A stretch of DNA of 64,000 nt, taken from the NCBI RefSeq assembly GCF_006345805.1, contig NC_043024.1, positions 15,810,001 through 15,874,000 of the forward strand, given 5' to 3'. Shown piece after piece: positions 14,290 through 26,833 of the stretch. Under the pieces are notes generated by a model that did no database searches, was not told the DNA's origin, and saw only the letters and a program-made list of their open reading frames with translations. Position 1 is the stretch's first letter. The number at the start of each line of letters is the position of its first letter. The DNA is from Octopus sinensis (Eukaryota). The position numbers and the translations under genes are program-made.

Positions 14290-14822
14290 ACAGGTCCCTA
14301 ATCTCCTCAGAGGAGACTAAACATCTATATATGATTGACACCAATACTTATGACAGGTTGTTAGAAAACAACATTACACAGATCAATAGAAGCACTTCCT
14401 TACACACATACATCATCAGTGAAGCCAAACAATTGGCCAACAACTTAGATATAGCAAATAGGGCAGAGATTTTAGCTAAAAGGAATGCCTTTATTACTGT
14501 CAAAGACTATAAACTGAATTTTGCCTTCAACCTGTCAAAATCCAAGACCTGTCTGGCGAGCAAACACATACTGAGAAACATCAAAAACAACATAAGGAGA
14601 GCCACCAACCTCTCCCTATGGCATAGCACCAACAAGGTGGTTACATGGTTTAATACCAACAAGGGGAGAGGCAGAGCAAGGTTCGATATTTACCCACTTA
14701 TATCGAAAGGGTTACTGGTCAAGGCATTTTCCTTCGCTAAGGTCTTCACTGTCATTAGTGACGAGGACATAGATGTCATTATGCATGCCAGAAAAACAGT
14801 ACTGTTCAATAAGGGTTCGACT
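14290..14822 (+). mobile_element. Penelope-like element reverse transcriptase fragment
   Basis: ORF 14175..14825: LYMIDTNTYDRLLENNIT..AKRNAFITVKD..SKHIL..VVTWF..FDIYPLI..HARKTVLF, which resembles the PLE RT N-terminal region with deletions. Confidence 0.7.
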
Positions 14823-15116
14823 TAATAAGTGCTATAGACAGACCATAGTTAAGTTCCAAATTCGGTAATATTGCGAATAAATGGTTCATCGTTGGTTCTA
14901 TGTCAGTGTGTATATATAAGAAATTTTGCGTAATACGATTAAAAAAACCAAGGCTGTGTAGATATTAGAGCATTTATAGATAGAAAGTCTATTTATCTAT
15001 AAATGCTCTAATATCTACACGGCCTTGGTTTTTTATCTTATAATGCAAAAAATTCTTATATATATATATATATATAGATATATATATAGAAGGTTGAAAA
15101 GGAACACACGAGTTGA

Positions 15117-15524
15117 TATATATGGAAAAAAAGTCAAGAAAGAAAATGCTAAAATAATTTTATAAAAACCATTTCAGTACCAATTTCAGTCATTGACACT
15201 TTTTCAAATGTAAATTTGGAAAAAAAATTTTGGAAAAGTTATAAGAAAAGTTTTTTAAAAGAATATTTGCATAGTCTTCAAATACAACTAGCATTTTCCT
15301 TGTTTCTACCAAAGAGAGAGAGAAGCAGGCAGAAACAAGGAAAATGCCACTTGTATTTGAAGACTATGCAAATATTCTTTTAAAAAAACTTTTCTTTTAA
15401 TTTTTCTAAATTTAATTGTTTAATTGTTACAGTTGAAAAAGTCACAATGACTGAAACCGGTACTGAAATGTTTTTTATAAAATTATTTTAGCATTTTCTA
15501 TCCTTGACTTTTTTTTCCATATAT
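15117..15524. repeat. Palindrome with ~190-bp diverged arms in (TA)n
   Basis: ~15117-15310 versus ~15328-15524. Confidence 0.88.
15430..15465 (+). ncRNA. Hammerhead-like motif with altered core inside a palindrome
   Basis: CAG UUGAAAA AGUCA CAA UGACU GAAAC CG GUA^CUG; all three stems present, core non-canonical. Confidence 0.4.
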
Positions 15525-16640
15525 ATATATATATATATATATATGACAGGCTTCTTTCAAGACAATAAGTTACAACCATAGAACGAAGAGCAGTCTCAGG
15601 TAGATTGGTACCAACAGAGTTAATCCTTTTGTTGCAAAATTTCTGTTGAACTACATTATCTGTGATTTAAAGAATTTTGAAAATAATAAAGAATTTAATA
15701 AAATAACTTTGGTTTTTGGAACATAAATCAACATAAAATTTTGATGGAAGGTTTTTAATTTAAATCTCTTTCAAACAAGACATTTGTATTACAGAACTAG
15801 TGATGATCTCGAAAGGATTAAACATAATCCATTAGCCCTTTAGCATTCAGATTACTCTGCCAAATGTAATGCTAATTTCTTCACATTTCTTCACAATTAA
15901 TCAATGATTATCTGACTGCTTTTATTTTTGTTTTTAGTAGCTAGTTGTAAAATCTCGAAGAGATCAGTATAGTAACTCTACTAATAAGTAAAGTTAATCT
16001 CCACATCAAAGTGGCTGTTCTGTGTTACTACTAGTTTAACCCCAGGCAGATCTTCCACCAGCTGTACATATTGAAGATCGAGGGAAAGAGAGAGAGAGAG
16101 AGTATGAAACAGCAAAAGTGTTAGAGAGAGAGCAGGAGAAAGTTGGTGAAGTTCTAGAAGATACTCACAAGTAACAAGGAACAGAGCATAGATGTGGTGG
16201 TAGAGTAAAGAAAAGAAAGGTACAAAAGTCATCATATATGCAGTGAGCTGTTGCCAAGAAGGCGCAATTGCAGTGACTGGCAAAAACCTGGGTAGAGGGC
16301 TGTGAGAGCAGAAAAGGGGACTGGAAGAAAATCATCATTTATGAAGAGGAAAAGTGAGGAAGAGAAAGATGCTGTTTAGAAGAGGAGATGTAGTTCAGCT
16401 TCTTGGTGTAGGATGTGTGAAAAGTTTGTTGTTACATGTGGGTTGGACCCAACTCTTCTAGCACTCAGTTTTGCTGATGTGAACGGGTCTTCCTCTAGAA
16501 CCTTATATCACCAAACATCTCAGTCTGTTGTCATTTCCTCCATGAGCCCCAACAACCTAGAGTCAGTCCTCACCACTTCATCCATATACACATACACACA
16601 CACACAATATAATATCACACACACACACACACATATATAC

Positions 16641-16697
<57 letters not shown>

Positions 16698-17710
16698 TAT
16701 TAGTCAATTCGAGGATGTCAGGTCCTAATTGGGGATTAAATAATCCAAAGATTTTACTAGTTAATCACTATCACATAAGAAGAAAGCCTCAACAATATGT
16801 TAAGGATTATTATAGTAATACATGGCTCAGTGGTTAGAGTGCCGAGCTTACGCTCTTGAGGTTGTGAGTTCGATTCCCAGACCGGGCTGCGTGTTGTGTT
16901 CTTGAGCAAGACACTTTATTTCACGTTGCTCCAGTTCAATCAGCTGTAGAAATGAGTTGCAACATCACTGGTGCCAAGCTGTATCGGCCCCTTTGCCTTT
17001 CCTTTGGATAACATCAGTGGTGTGGAGAGGAGAGGCTGATATGCATGGGCGACTTCTGGTCTTCCATGAAACAACCTTGCCCGGACTTGTGCCTGGGAGG
17101 GTAACTTTCTTGGTGCAATCCCATGGTCATTCATGACCGAAGGGGGTCTCCTCACATATTGTTAGTAATGATGAAAGGAAAAAATGGTGGTTTTGGATGT
17201 TTAAATAATTTAAACATTCATAATTCTGTTTTCTTCCTCTTGTTCCTTGCTGTTGAAGAGCATAGGCTCGAAATGTAAAAGACTTTCTAACTAAAACAAC
17301 TGAGAAACTTACTATATATAAATGGGGAAGTCTTCTTAAGGAAACTGGACACGCTCCTATTTCACAATACCAGATGAACCAATGGCTCAACATAAGGCAC
17401 AGTTGAGGGCAACAGTGTCAAATACCCTCATACACCAGATGGGCCATTGACAATTTTGATGGGATCACATCAGTTGGAGGAGAGGAACCACGGAAGGATT
17501 GTGAAGAGTGCACAAAAATATAGAATGAATAAATGCATGACCACAGCCATCTGGCTGAAACACATAAAAGAGTAGAATAAAAGAAATATATATATATACA
17601 CATACACACACACACTATATGCTATTGAAATTATATATATTTTAGTTTGAGTATATAGATCGGTAGCCACTACACACATTTTTTTCTCCCCTTGTTTTTT
17701 TTCCGTGTTC

Positions 17711-17746
17711 CTTTCTGTAGAAGAGCGAAGGCTTGAAACGTAAAAG
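17711..17746 (+). ncRNA. Hammerhead-like motif with CUGUAGAA core
   Basis: CUUU CUGUAGAA GAGC GAAG GCUU GAAAC GUA^AAAG; related copy at 17246-17281. Confidence 0.45.
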
Positions 17747-17881
17747 ACTTTTTCTATTCCTGAGTGTTATACTAAATACATCTGTTTGTTTTGTACACCA
17801 CCTGTCTTCATCTTTTGTTTTTTTTCATGATCTCTCCCTATATATATATATGCTATTGAAATTATATATATTTTAGTTTGA

Positions 17882-17943
<62 letters not shown>

Positions 17944-18808
17944 GTGTGTGTGTTAATTTGAATAATGCACAGTATTTGATTAGTTTGAGGTGTTGTGGGA
18001 GATGGTACAAGAAATAACAGCAGTGAGAGGAGATGTTGTGCAAACGTGGGTTGTTTACAATTAGATTAATAAGAAAGTTTTGGATTCAGGTTACAGTTCT
18101 ATTTATAGAATTAGTTATGCAAACTGCTAATTATGCAATGAGTTCACACTGCAGAATTAAAACTTCCAGACACCGTAACAGAGGCTAAATCTCCTGTCGC
18201 ATTTAGATTTACTTTGCTTTTCTTGCGGTTAGAAATCTGTGAGTAAAACAAGAAAAACCTGTGCAGTAACTGAGGTGAGAAATGATTAAATATTTTAATT
18301 CTTTTACCTTTTACTCTTTAAATGTTTCAGTCGTTAGACTGTAGCCATGCTGGGGCACCACCTTGAAATTTGTAGTCGGTTGAATCCCAGTACAAGTACT
18401 TACTCCATCGGTCTCTTTTGCTGAACTGTGCTAAGTTACAGGGATGTAAACACACCAACACCTTACTTTTAATTTACAAAATGTGACTCTTCACTCCTAA
18501 TGGACATATATTTCCTACATATGTATATTTTATATATATATATATAAAATATAAATTAGAGATAAAACCACTATTATGCAACTCAAACAGTGATAGACAT
18601 AAAGTTACATAATAGTGGTTTTATCTCTAATTTATATTTTATATATTTATATTGTGAAATTTGATTTAATACTAAATTGAATTTTTCCCTGTAAGTTTAG
18701 AGTTATACTCCCTAATATTATGTATATATTGTATGTATGTGGTGCTAAATTATTATAAATTTAAAACAGTATAAATGAATTAACACCTCTGTGATTTTTT
18801 GGCCACCC

Positions 18809-18863
<55 letters not shown>

Positions 18864-19008
18864 GTTTTATGTGTGTCAGGTATTATGTGTGTCAACAACC
18901 TAATAGCCCAGTTTAGCATTCAAGTTACATAATAGTGGTTTTATCATTCAAGTTACATAATAGTGTATATATATATATATAGTGTAGGCGTAGGTATGGC
19001 TGTGTGGA

Positions 19009-19425
19009 TAGGCACAGGAGTGGCTGTGTGGTATGTAGCTTGCTTATGAACCACATGGTCCCAGGTTCAGTCCCACTGCGTGGCACCTTGGGTAAGTGTC
19101 TTGTACTATAGCCTCGGGCCGACCAAAACCTTGTGAGTGGATTCAGTAGATGGAAACTGAAAGAAGCCCGTCGTATATATGTATATATATATGTATGTGT
19201 ATGTGCGTGTATATGTTTGTGTATCTGTGTTTGTCTCCCCAACATCACTTGACAACCGATGCTGGTGTGTGTACGTCCCTGTAACTTAGTGGTTCGGCAA
19301 AAGGGGCCGATAGATTAAGTACTAGGCAAAGAATAAGTCGTGGGGTCAATTTGCTCGACTAAAAAAGGTGGTGCTCCAGCATGGCCACAGTCAAATGACT
19401 GAAACAAGTAAAAGAGAGTAAAGAG
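19009..19425 (+). mobile_element. tRNA-headed SINE family A, full copy
   Basis: A/B-box-like head, TG tract, tail ..GACTGAAACAAGTAAAAGA. Other copies near 10705, 20095, 39933, 45470 (+) and 6270, 10068, 12011, 29712, 46585, 47461 (-). Confidence 0.85.
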
Positions 19426-20094
19426 ATTAGCATTCAAGTGATTCTGCCAAATGTAATGTTTATTTGTTGATGTTTTGATTTAATCCTGGATTATCTCATA
19501 GCTTTAAGATTTCAATAATGGGATTATTTATCTTTCGGATGACATTGTGGGTTGGCGTGAAAGACTGAATCTGACTGGTTTGAACATTAAACAGGTAGAA
19601 TATTTGGGCCAAACATGGCTGGTGTAAGTGTTAAATGGTTAGTGTCATTTTATTAAATTCCCAAATATGTCCACAAATATTTCTCACACCTGGTACTATG
19701 GACGTGATTATGCAATAGACTGAGGGATAATTTTGTACCCTAATCTATCAAACATCTTAATTATGTTTGTGCCTATTACTAAGGGAACAACTGCTTCCCT
19801 TCTTTCATTTGGTTAACTGAATTTATCCAGTCCACACTGTAAAGTGGTTGGCATTTGGAAGGACATCCAGCTGTAAAATCCATGCCCAAACTGACCTCTC
19901 CTGTGCTGGTGCCAGGTAAAAAGCACTCAGTCCATTCTGCTGAGTGATTAGTGTTAGGAAGGGCATCCAACCATAAAAACTATGCCAAAAACAGATGCTG
20001 AAGCTTGGTGCAGTCTTCTGCCTAGTCAGATCCTGCCAAACAGTCCAACCCATGCCAGCATGAAAAACAGACGTTAAATGATGATGATTATGAT

Positions 20095-20500
20095 ATAGGA
20101 GCAGGAATGGCTGTGTGGTAAGTAGCTTGCTTACCAGCCACATGGTTCTGGGTTCAGTCCCACTGCATGGCACCTTGGACAAGTGTCTTCTACTAAAGCC
20201 TCAGGCCGACCAAAGCCTTGTGAGTGGATTTGGTAGACGGAAACTGCAAAAAGCTCATCGTATATATGTATATATATAGATGTATGTGTTTGTGTGTCTG
20301 TGTCTGTCCCCCAACATCGCTTGACAACTGATGCTGGTGTGTTTAGGTACCTGTAACTTAGCAGTTTGGCAAAAAGTGACCGATAGAATAAGTACTAGGC
20401 TTACAAAGAATAAGTCCTAGGGTCGATTTGCTCGACTAAAGGCAGTGCTCCAGCATGGCCACAGTCACATGACTGAAACAAGTAAAAGAGTAAAAGAGAA
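20095..20500 (+). mobile_element. SINE family A, full copy
   Basis: Collinear with 19009-19425. Confidence 0.85.
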
Positions 20501-20964
20501 CTGTCAACGTGAATCGCTGGTCCTTCTGTTGGATCGATTCTTGGAAGACTCTTTCTTTCTTACATTCTCTTTATTAACTAAACTCTCATAACACTGGGTG
20601 GCTTCATCTTTTTTTTCCTATCAGTGAATGTGCATGTCATGGTTAATGTTCTCCTTAATTATTCTACTTAACAACATTTGATTCGGTAAGAGCATGTGCG
20701 CTGATAAGCATTCTAGACACTGTTATCTTCAATGACCTCTGAATGATATCTCAAGCAAAAAATAACCAAAGTCATCAAATAACGTCTACCTTCCAGTGCT
20801 GACATGGATTAGACGGTTTGACAGCTGCTGCTATACAAGAGGCCTATTGCCAATCTCTGATGTCTGTTTTGGTATCGTTTCTACTGCTGAGTGCTTTGTA
20901 TGTGGCATCAACACTTATGAGTCACAGGTGATGTCACTCTCTAACAAAGACCTCTTAACTGGAG

Positions 20965-21690
20965 TTGAGACACAGGCGTGGCTGTGTGTTAAGAAGGTTG
21001 CTTTCCAATCACATGGTTCTGGGTTTAGTCCAGCTGCATGGTGAGCTGGCAGAAACGTTAGCACACCGGGCGAAATGCTTCGCGGTATTTCGTCTGCCGG
21101 TACGTTCTGAGTTCGAATTCCGCCGAGGTCGACTTTGCCTTTCACCCTTTCGGGGTCGATGAATTAAGTACCAGTTACGCACTGGGGTCGATGTAATCGA
21201 CTTAATACCTATGTCTGTCCTTGTTTGTCCCCTATATGTTTAGCCCCTTGTGTGTAATAAAGAAATAGGTATTTGGGGTAAGTATCTTCTATTATAGCCT
21301 CGGGCTGACCAAACATTTTGAGTGGATTTGGTAAATAGAATCTGAAAAGGCGGCGAGCTGGCAGAAACGTTAACACGCCGGGTGAAATGCTTAGCGATAT
21401 TTCCTCTGCTGCTACGTTCTGAGTTCAAATTCCACCGAGGTCGACTTTGCCTTTCATCCTTTCGGGGTCGATTAAATAAGTACCAGTTACGCACTGGGGT
21501 CGATATAATCAGCTTAATTCATTTGTCTGTCTTTGTTTGTCCCCTCCATGTGTGTAGCCCCTTGTGGGCAGTAAAGAAATAAGAAACTGGAAGGAGCCCG
21601 TCGTGTATATGTATATGTGTGTCCTTGTGTCTACGTTTGTCCCATCACCACTGCTGGACAACCAGTGTTGGTATGTTTACATCCCTGTAT
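20965..21690 (+). mobile_element. SINE family A interrupted by two SINE family B copies (~21039-21268, ~21348-21582)
   Basis: Family A segments resume after each B copy. Other B copies near 5845, 26435, 27007, 41357 (+) and 38800-39220, 41650, 43055 (-). Confidence 0.8.
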
Positions 21691-22039
21691 GTTACCAGCG
21701 AAGGGAATATCCAGTATGTGCATCTCTGATCATAAGCAAGTGTAGTGGGGCGGGGGCGGCATCACAGCCATGTGCCGAGAAGCATTTTGGGGGATTTGAA
21801 TAAATGAAAGAAAAGCAAAGTTTGAAGGAAATATTATTCATTTTTCATACTTTCTAGAAGTAAGCAAACAGGAAAAAAACAGTTGCTGCCCAAGGACAAA
21901 AATCGTGTTGTAATCAATACGTGGGTCAATATTTATACGATATCAAGAGTTACTTCTGTTTATTTATAGTTCTTACCAAACATAAAAGACCTTGTAAAGT
22001 AAAACTGGTTGAAAGAAGCAAGCATTTGCCAGATTTAAA

Positions 22040-22189
22040 ATGGGTCTTCTTATAGAAGGTACTTTAATGACATGGGAAGAAATCAAGCCTTATATTTTAC
22101 ACATCAAGAAACAAGCAAGAATGCAGTTCGTTCATGTGTATAAGAAATACAAGGACCAAAAAAATTATCCCCTTTATTGGGGTGATGAA
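22040..22189 (+). CDS. GCLC: GCLC-like coding exon 1 (MGLLIEG...YWGDE)
   Basis: ATG at 22040; GAA|gtaagt donor; 150 nt, phase 0. Confidence 0.95.
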
Positions 22190-24100
22190 GTAAGTATAAG
22201 CTATTTTAGTAATTTGTCTGCTACATATATATGACTGTGATTTTTAACACTATGTGTATATAAAAGATTCTTTCCTGAAGTGAAAACTGCAGTTTATCAG
22301 GTTTTTAACGATATATCTGCTTTAAGTATGGTATACAGATTGCTATTTTGAACTGATACTACTTCTCTTGCCAATGACATTATCTAGTGTGTTAGTTTAA
22401 TGCCGCACCAATGATTTGTTAATCGCTATTTTTTCTATAACAATGTAGCAGGCTAAATTTGTCTGAGCACACGGTTGCTTGTGGATTCTTATAACTGATG
22501 ATGCTCAAAGATGTAGAAATACATATTTAGCAAATGCTACTACTGCTACCAGATACTTTCCATCTGACACTGATGTGTATTTGTTAACACTATACATCTA
22601 TGAGATGTTTTCTCAAGATGTATACAACAGCTGATCAGGCTTTCAATGATATACTTGCTTTAAGTAAGCTATACAGGTTTCTCTTTTGAACTAATACAGC
22701 TTACTCTTTGACTAACTTGTGATTGATTTTTCCTAGTATGTAGTTCCAGTTGACTCTTGCTACTGAGGAAGTTCAAAGAAACAGACTATTTCTAGCAATA
22801 TATGTGCCTGTAACACATATAGTCACAATTAGTGACAACGAAATTTTGCCTATACAGTTTATATTGTGCCCAACTGCCCACAATTTTATACTATATATCT
22901 ATAATACATTAAAAGTGAAGTTCACTCTTGCTTGCTTGCAATGTTACACAGCCAAACTGGCGCATAATGAGAAAATACTTTGAAAGTAAAGTCCTCCTGA
23001 TATGTGAATACGAACGGAATAAAACTAGTTTCATGTAAATCGAACCAGTAATTATTGAGATATTCGGGGTTTTGGAGTATAAATACCCAGAATGGTACAT
23101 AATGGGAAAATACTCCAAAAATAACCTAACCCTGAAAGGGAATAAACTAGCCTTTCCATTAGACACATTGTGATGGGGAAAATATTTTAAAGTGAAAATG
23201 ACTTTAAAAATACGTAAATATTTCGTAAAAGGCTTGTGTGTGAAATTTTTTTCCATCGGTTTCCTTTGAGTGCATTCAGCGTATCTCACCTCCAAAGATT
23301 AGGCTACTATTTCTAGCACACTTTGCCACCACGTAACAGCTATTTGCGATAAAGGACCCGAAATACCTGTTACGTGGTAGCAGGTCGTGCAAGAAATAGC
23401 AGCCAACTCCTTGCTTTTCTGGGGAAAGGGGCTGTTTACGCGTGATTTCGACGTTACATTCATTGAAAGCATGCCACCAAATAACATGGAAAAGAAAAAA
23501 ACCCACGAAATAAAACTCCGTTGGTGGGAAACTCAGATTTCCTCGGTGACCCAACGGGTCACAGGTAGCCTAATATATATATATATATATATATGTATAT
23601 TAAAAATTATAACTGAGGGCACGAGGCACCAGCGTTGCCATACATAAGAGTCGAAAAATATTCTAAGTCACCATTTCACTGAAAGCACAACAGGTCTACG
23701 AAAACTGAGGGATGAGCAAAGAAATTGGTTAACCATCGTGGCAGATAGTTACAAATGAGGTTACAGATATCTCTGTATCATATGATTTCAAACTTTGAGA
23801 TGTTTCGCTTTGTTCTCATCAGCAGGTCTTGCTGTTTACCTAGGGTTAAAATCTTTACTCACTTCGTCATGCCTGTTGATCGTTGAAAGAACAGTGTCAA
23901 ATTTCAAACCATGTCAATGTATAATTTTACATTAATAAATATAGATATCATTATTATTATTGAGTGAGAGAGCAGTGCAGGTCATCAAGGTGACACTGGG
24001 GTAAAATATACGAATCCCAGTATACCCATCATGACTACCCGTCTGATAAGGGTACACCGGGCACATGAATCACAACCATATGCGCGTGACATGGTGATTA

Positions 24101-24153
<53 letters not shown>

Positions 24154-24288
24154 GAGTGAGAGAGCAGTGCAGGTCATCAAAGTGACACTGGGGTAAAATA
24201 TACGAATCCCAGTATACCCATCATGACTACCCGTCTGATAAGGGTACACCGGGCACATGAATCACAACCATATGTGCGCGACATGGTG

Positions 24289-24339
<51 letters not shown>

Positions 24340-24498
24340 GAGTGAGAGAGCAGGGCAGGTCATCAAAGTGACACTGGGGTAAAATATACGAATCCCAGTA
24401 TACCCATCATGACTACCCGTCTGATAAAGGTACACCAGGCACATGCATCACAACCATATGTGTGCGACATGGTGATTATTATTATTATTATTATTATA

Positions 24499-24561
<63 letters not shown>

Positions 24562-25765
24562 ATTATTCCTTCGTAACACAGTGTAGGTAAAAATGCATTG
24601 GAGTCTTTAGTCATCTGTCAAGTCACAACAAGGACCTCAGACAGATGATACTTTCCTTAAGATGTGCGCTGTGCCCAATACTGCTGCTTTTTGCAAGACA
24701 TTAATCTTGCCTGCAGGCTGCTTTCTTTCCTCTTTCCATATTAAGTACTGAGCATTTGGTAATCCCAAATTCCATACCGATGTCTCTACCACACTTCTGG
24801 ATTGTTTTGGTTACAGAATATATCTGTTTTTCAGATTTCCCAAACAATTTCAGGTCATCCATAAACAGAAGATGGTTCAAAGATGGGCCTTTCTTCCCAT
24901 ATCGGTAACCCATCTTAACTTTTCTCAGTGTCACTGTTATGAGTATTAGTGCAATTACAAAATGTAACAGAGAAAACGAGTCACCTTGGAAGATTTCCCT
25001 TTTAATATTAACTTCTCCAAGGAATATATTACTTCAGTACAATTTGGTTTTCCACTCGTTCATGCTATGCATCAGAAAATTTGTGATGTCAGCAACACCA
25101 AACATCTGCAGGCATTCAACAATCCAAGAATGAGGCACCATATCATATGCCTTCTTAAAGTCAATCCAAGCCATAGATATGTTCGTATGATGTTTTTACA
25201 ATGCCTCAAAACTGTTTTATCGATGACCAGGTGATCCTTGGTACTCTGAGAACTCTTCCTACGTCCTTTCTGTTCCCTTGGTAGTATTTCTTCCTGTGCC
25301 AGGAAACTGTATGTCTTTGCCGCACATATTCCAGTGAGTATCTTCCAGATTATGTTCAGGCATGCTATGGAACGGTAGTTTCCCACAATATTCCCCTTTC
25401 TTCTACATTTCATTACAAGTGTTGTCCTCCCAGTCACCATCCACGTGGGGATTGTACCTTTCTGCACACACTTATTCAATTGGGCTGCTAGTCTTTCATG
25501 CACTGCGTGGCATCTCTTCAGCCAGTCTGGGGGCTTTCCAGTTAGGCACTTTACCCACTTGTTCTTTCACATTGCCTGTGCTTATAATATTCCTTAGTTT
25601 CTTTTCTCCGTGTAATTCTGTCTTGATAGTTCCTATCCACATTGCATCCCTCTTATGCACCACGTTCTTTCCTCCATAATCCAATCCAGAACTCCTTGGC
25701 TTGATTTGCATCAGGAGTAACATTTTCTCCCATTGTCTCTTTCTAACGTTCGAAAGATCTTCCGA

Positions 25766-25809
<44 letters not shown>

Positions 25810-25889
25810 TGATCAGGAAGCATTAAAACCAATAAAAGGATGAATCCATAAACTTTATAATTAATTAATAATCATAATTGAGGATACAC

Positions 25890-25930
<41 letters not shown>

Positions 25931-26776
25931 TACCCGTTACACTCTGTAAAGTGGTTGGCATTAGGAAGGGCATCCAGCTGTAGAAACCAAGCCAAATCAA
26001 ACTGGAACCTGGGCAGCTCTCCAGCTTGCCAGCCCTGGTCAAACTAGCGCATACCAGATGATGTTAAATGATGATGATGGTCCAAATTAAATTGCATAAT
26101 TGTTCTTTTTTAGAGTGAATATTCCTTAATACAATTTGACCATGAAAAGCGAGTTGTCCAGTTGCTTTTGGCTGCCACATCTCTACTTGAATCTCCTCAA
26201 TTAAAGGAATCAGAATCATTGTGAGTAAAATTACCATATTTTCCAGCAGACAAGTCAAGTATTTGCAGATTAAAATTTACAGTCAAAGTAGGGCGGGTCG
26301 ACTTATACACCAAGATGATTTTGAGGGACCAAAAAATCCATTTGAAATGCAGTGAGATTTGCTTGTTGATGCTTGATACCAATCCATAGAATGATTGTGT
26401 CACAGAATCTTGACAATATTCTACAGTGAAGCAAAGGCAGCGTGTTGGCAGCATCGTTAGCGTGTTGGACGAAATGCTTAGCGGTATTTCGCCCATCGCT
26501 ATGTTCTGAGTTCAAACTCCGCTTAGGTCGACTTTGCCTTTCATCCTTTCGGGGTCGATAAATTAAGAACCCGCTAAACACTGAGATCGATTATTTACAT
26601 TATTTACAATTGACAGATTTTTGTCCTCAACTTGTTTATTGTTAACTCAACGTTTCGGCTGATATACCCTCCAGCCTTCACCTTAGGGAAATTTTGAACC
26701 TGGGTTCTCATTCCTAAGGAATTTTTCGATGTTGTTGTTATTATTATTATTATCATTATTATTATTATTATTATTA

Positions 26777-26833
<57 letters not shown>

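Noticed and set aside
16818-16890. tRNA-like sequence with A and B boxes
   Set aside because: Head of a SINE C copy running straight into the SINE body; not a tRNA gene
22243-22717. Diverged ~110-bp direct repeat in intron 1
   Set aside because: Ordinary old local duplication with no further structure seen
23798-23826. Minus-strand CUGAUGAG-AACAAAG-CGAAAC
   Set aside because: Core present but stem II is 1 bp and stems I and III fail; possibly a relic, not supportable
23962-24476. CRISPR-like repeat-spacer appearance
   Set aside because: Repeats are 137 bp, spacers are (ATT)n, the context is eukaryotic and there are no cas genes
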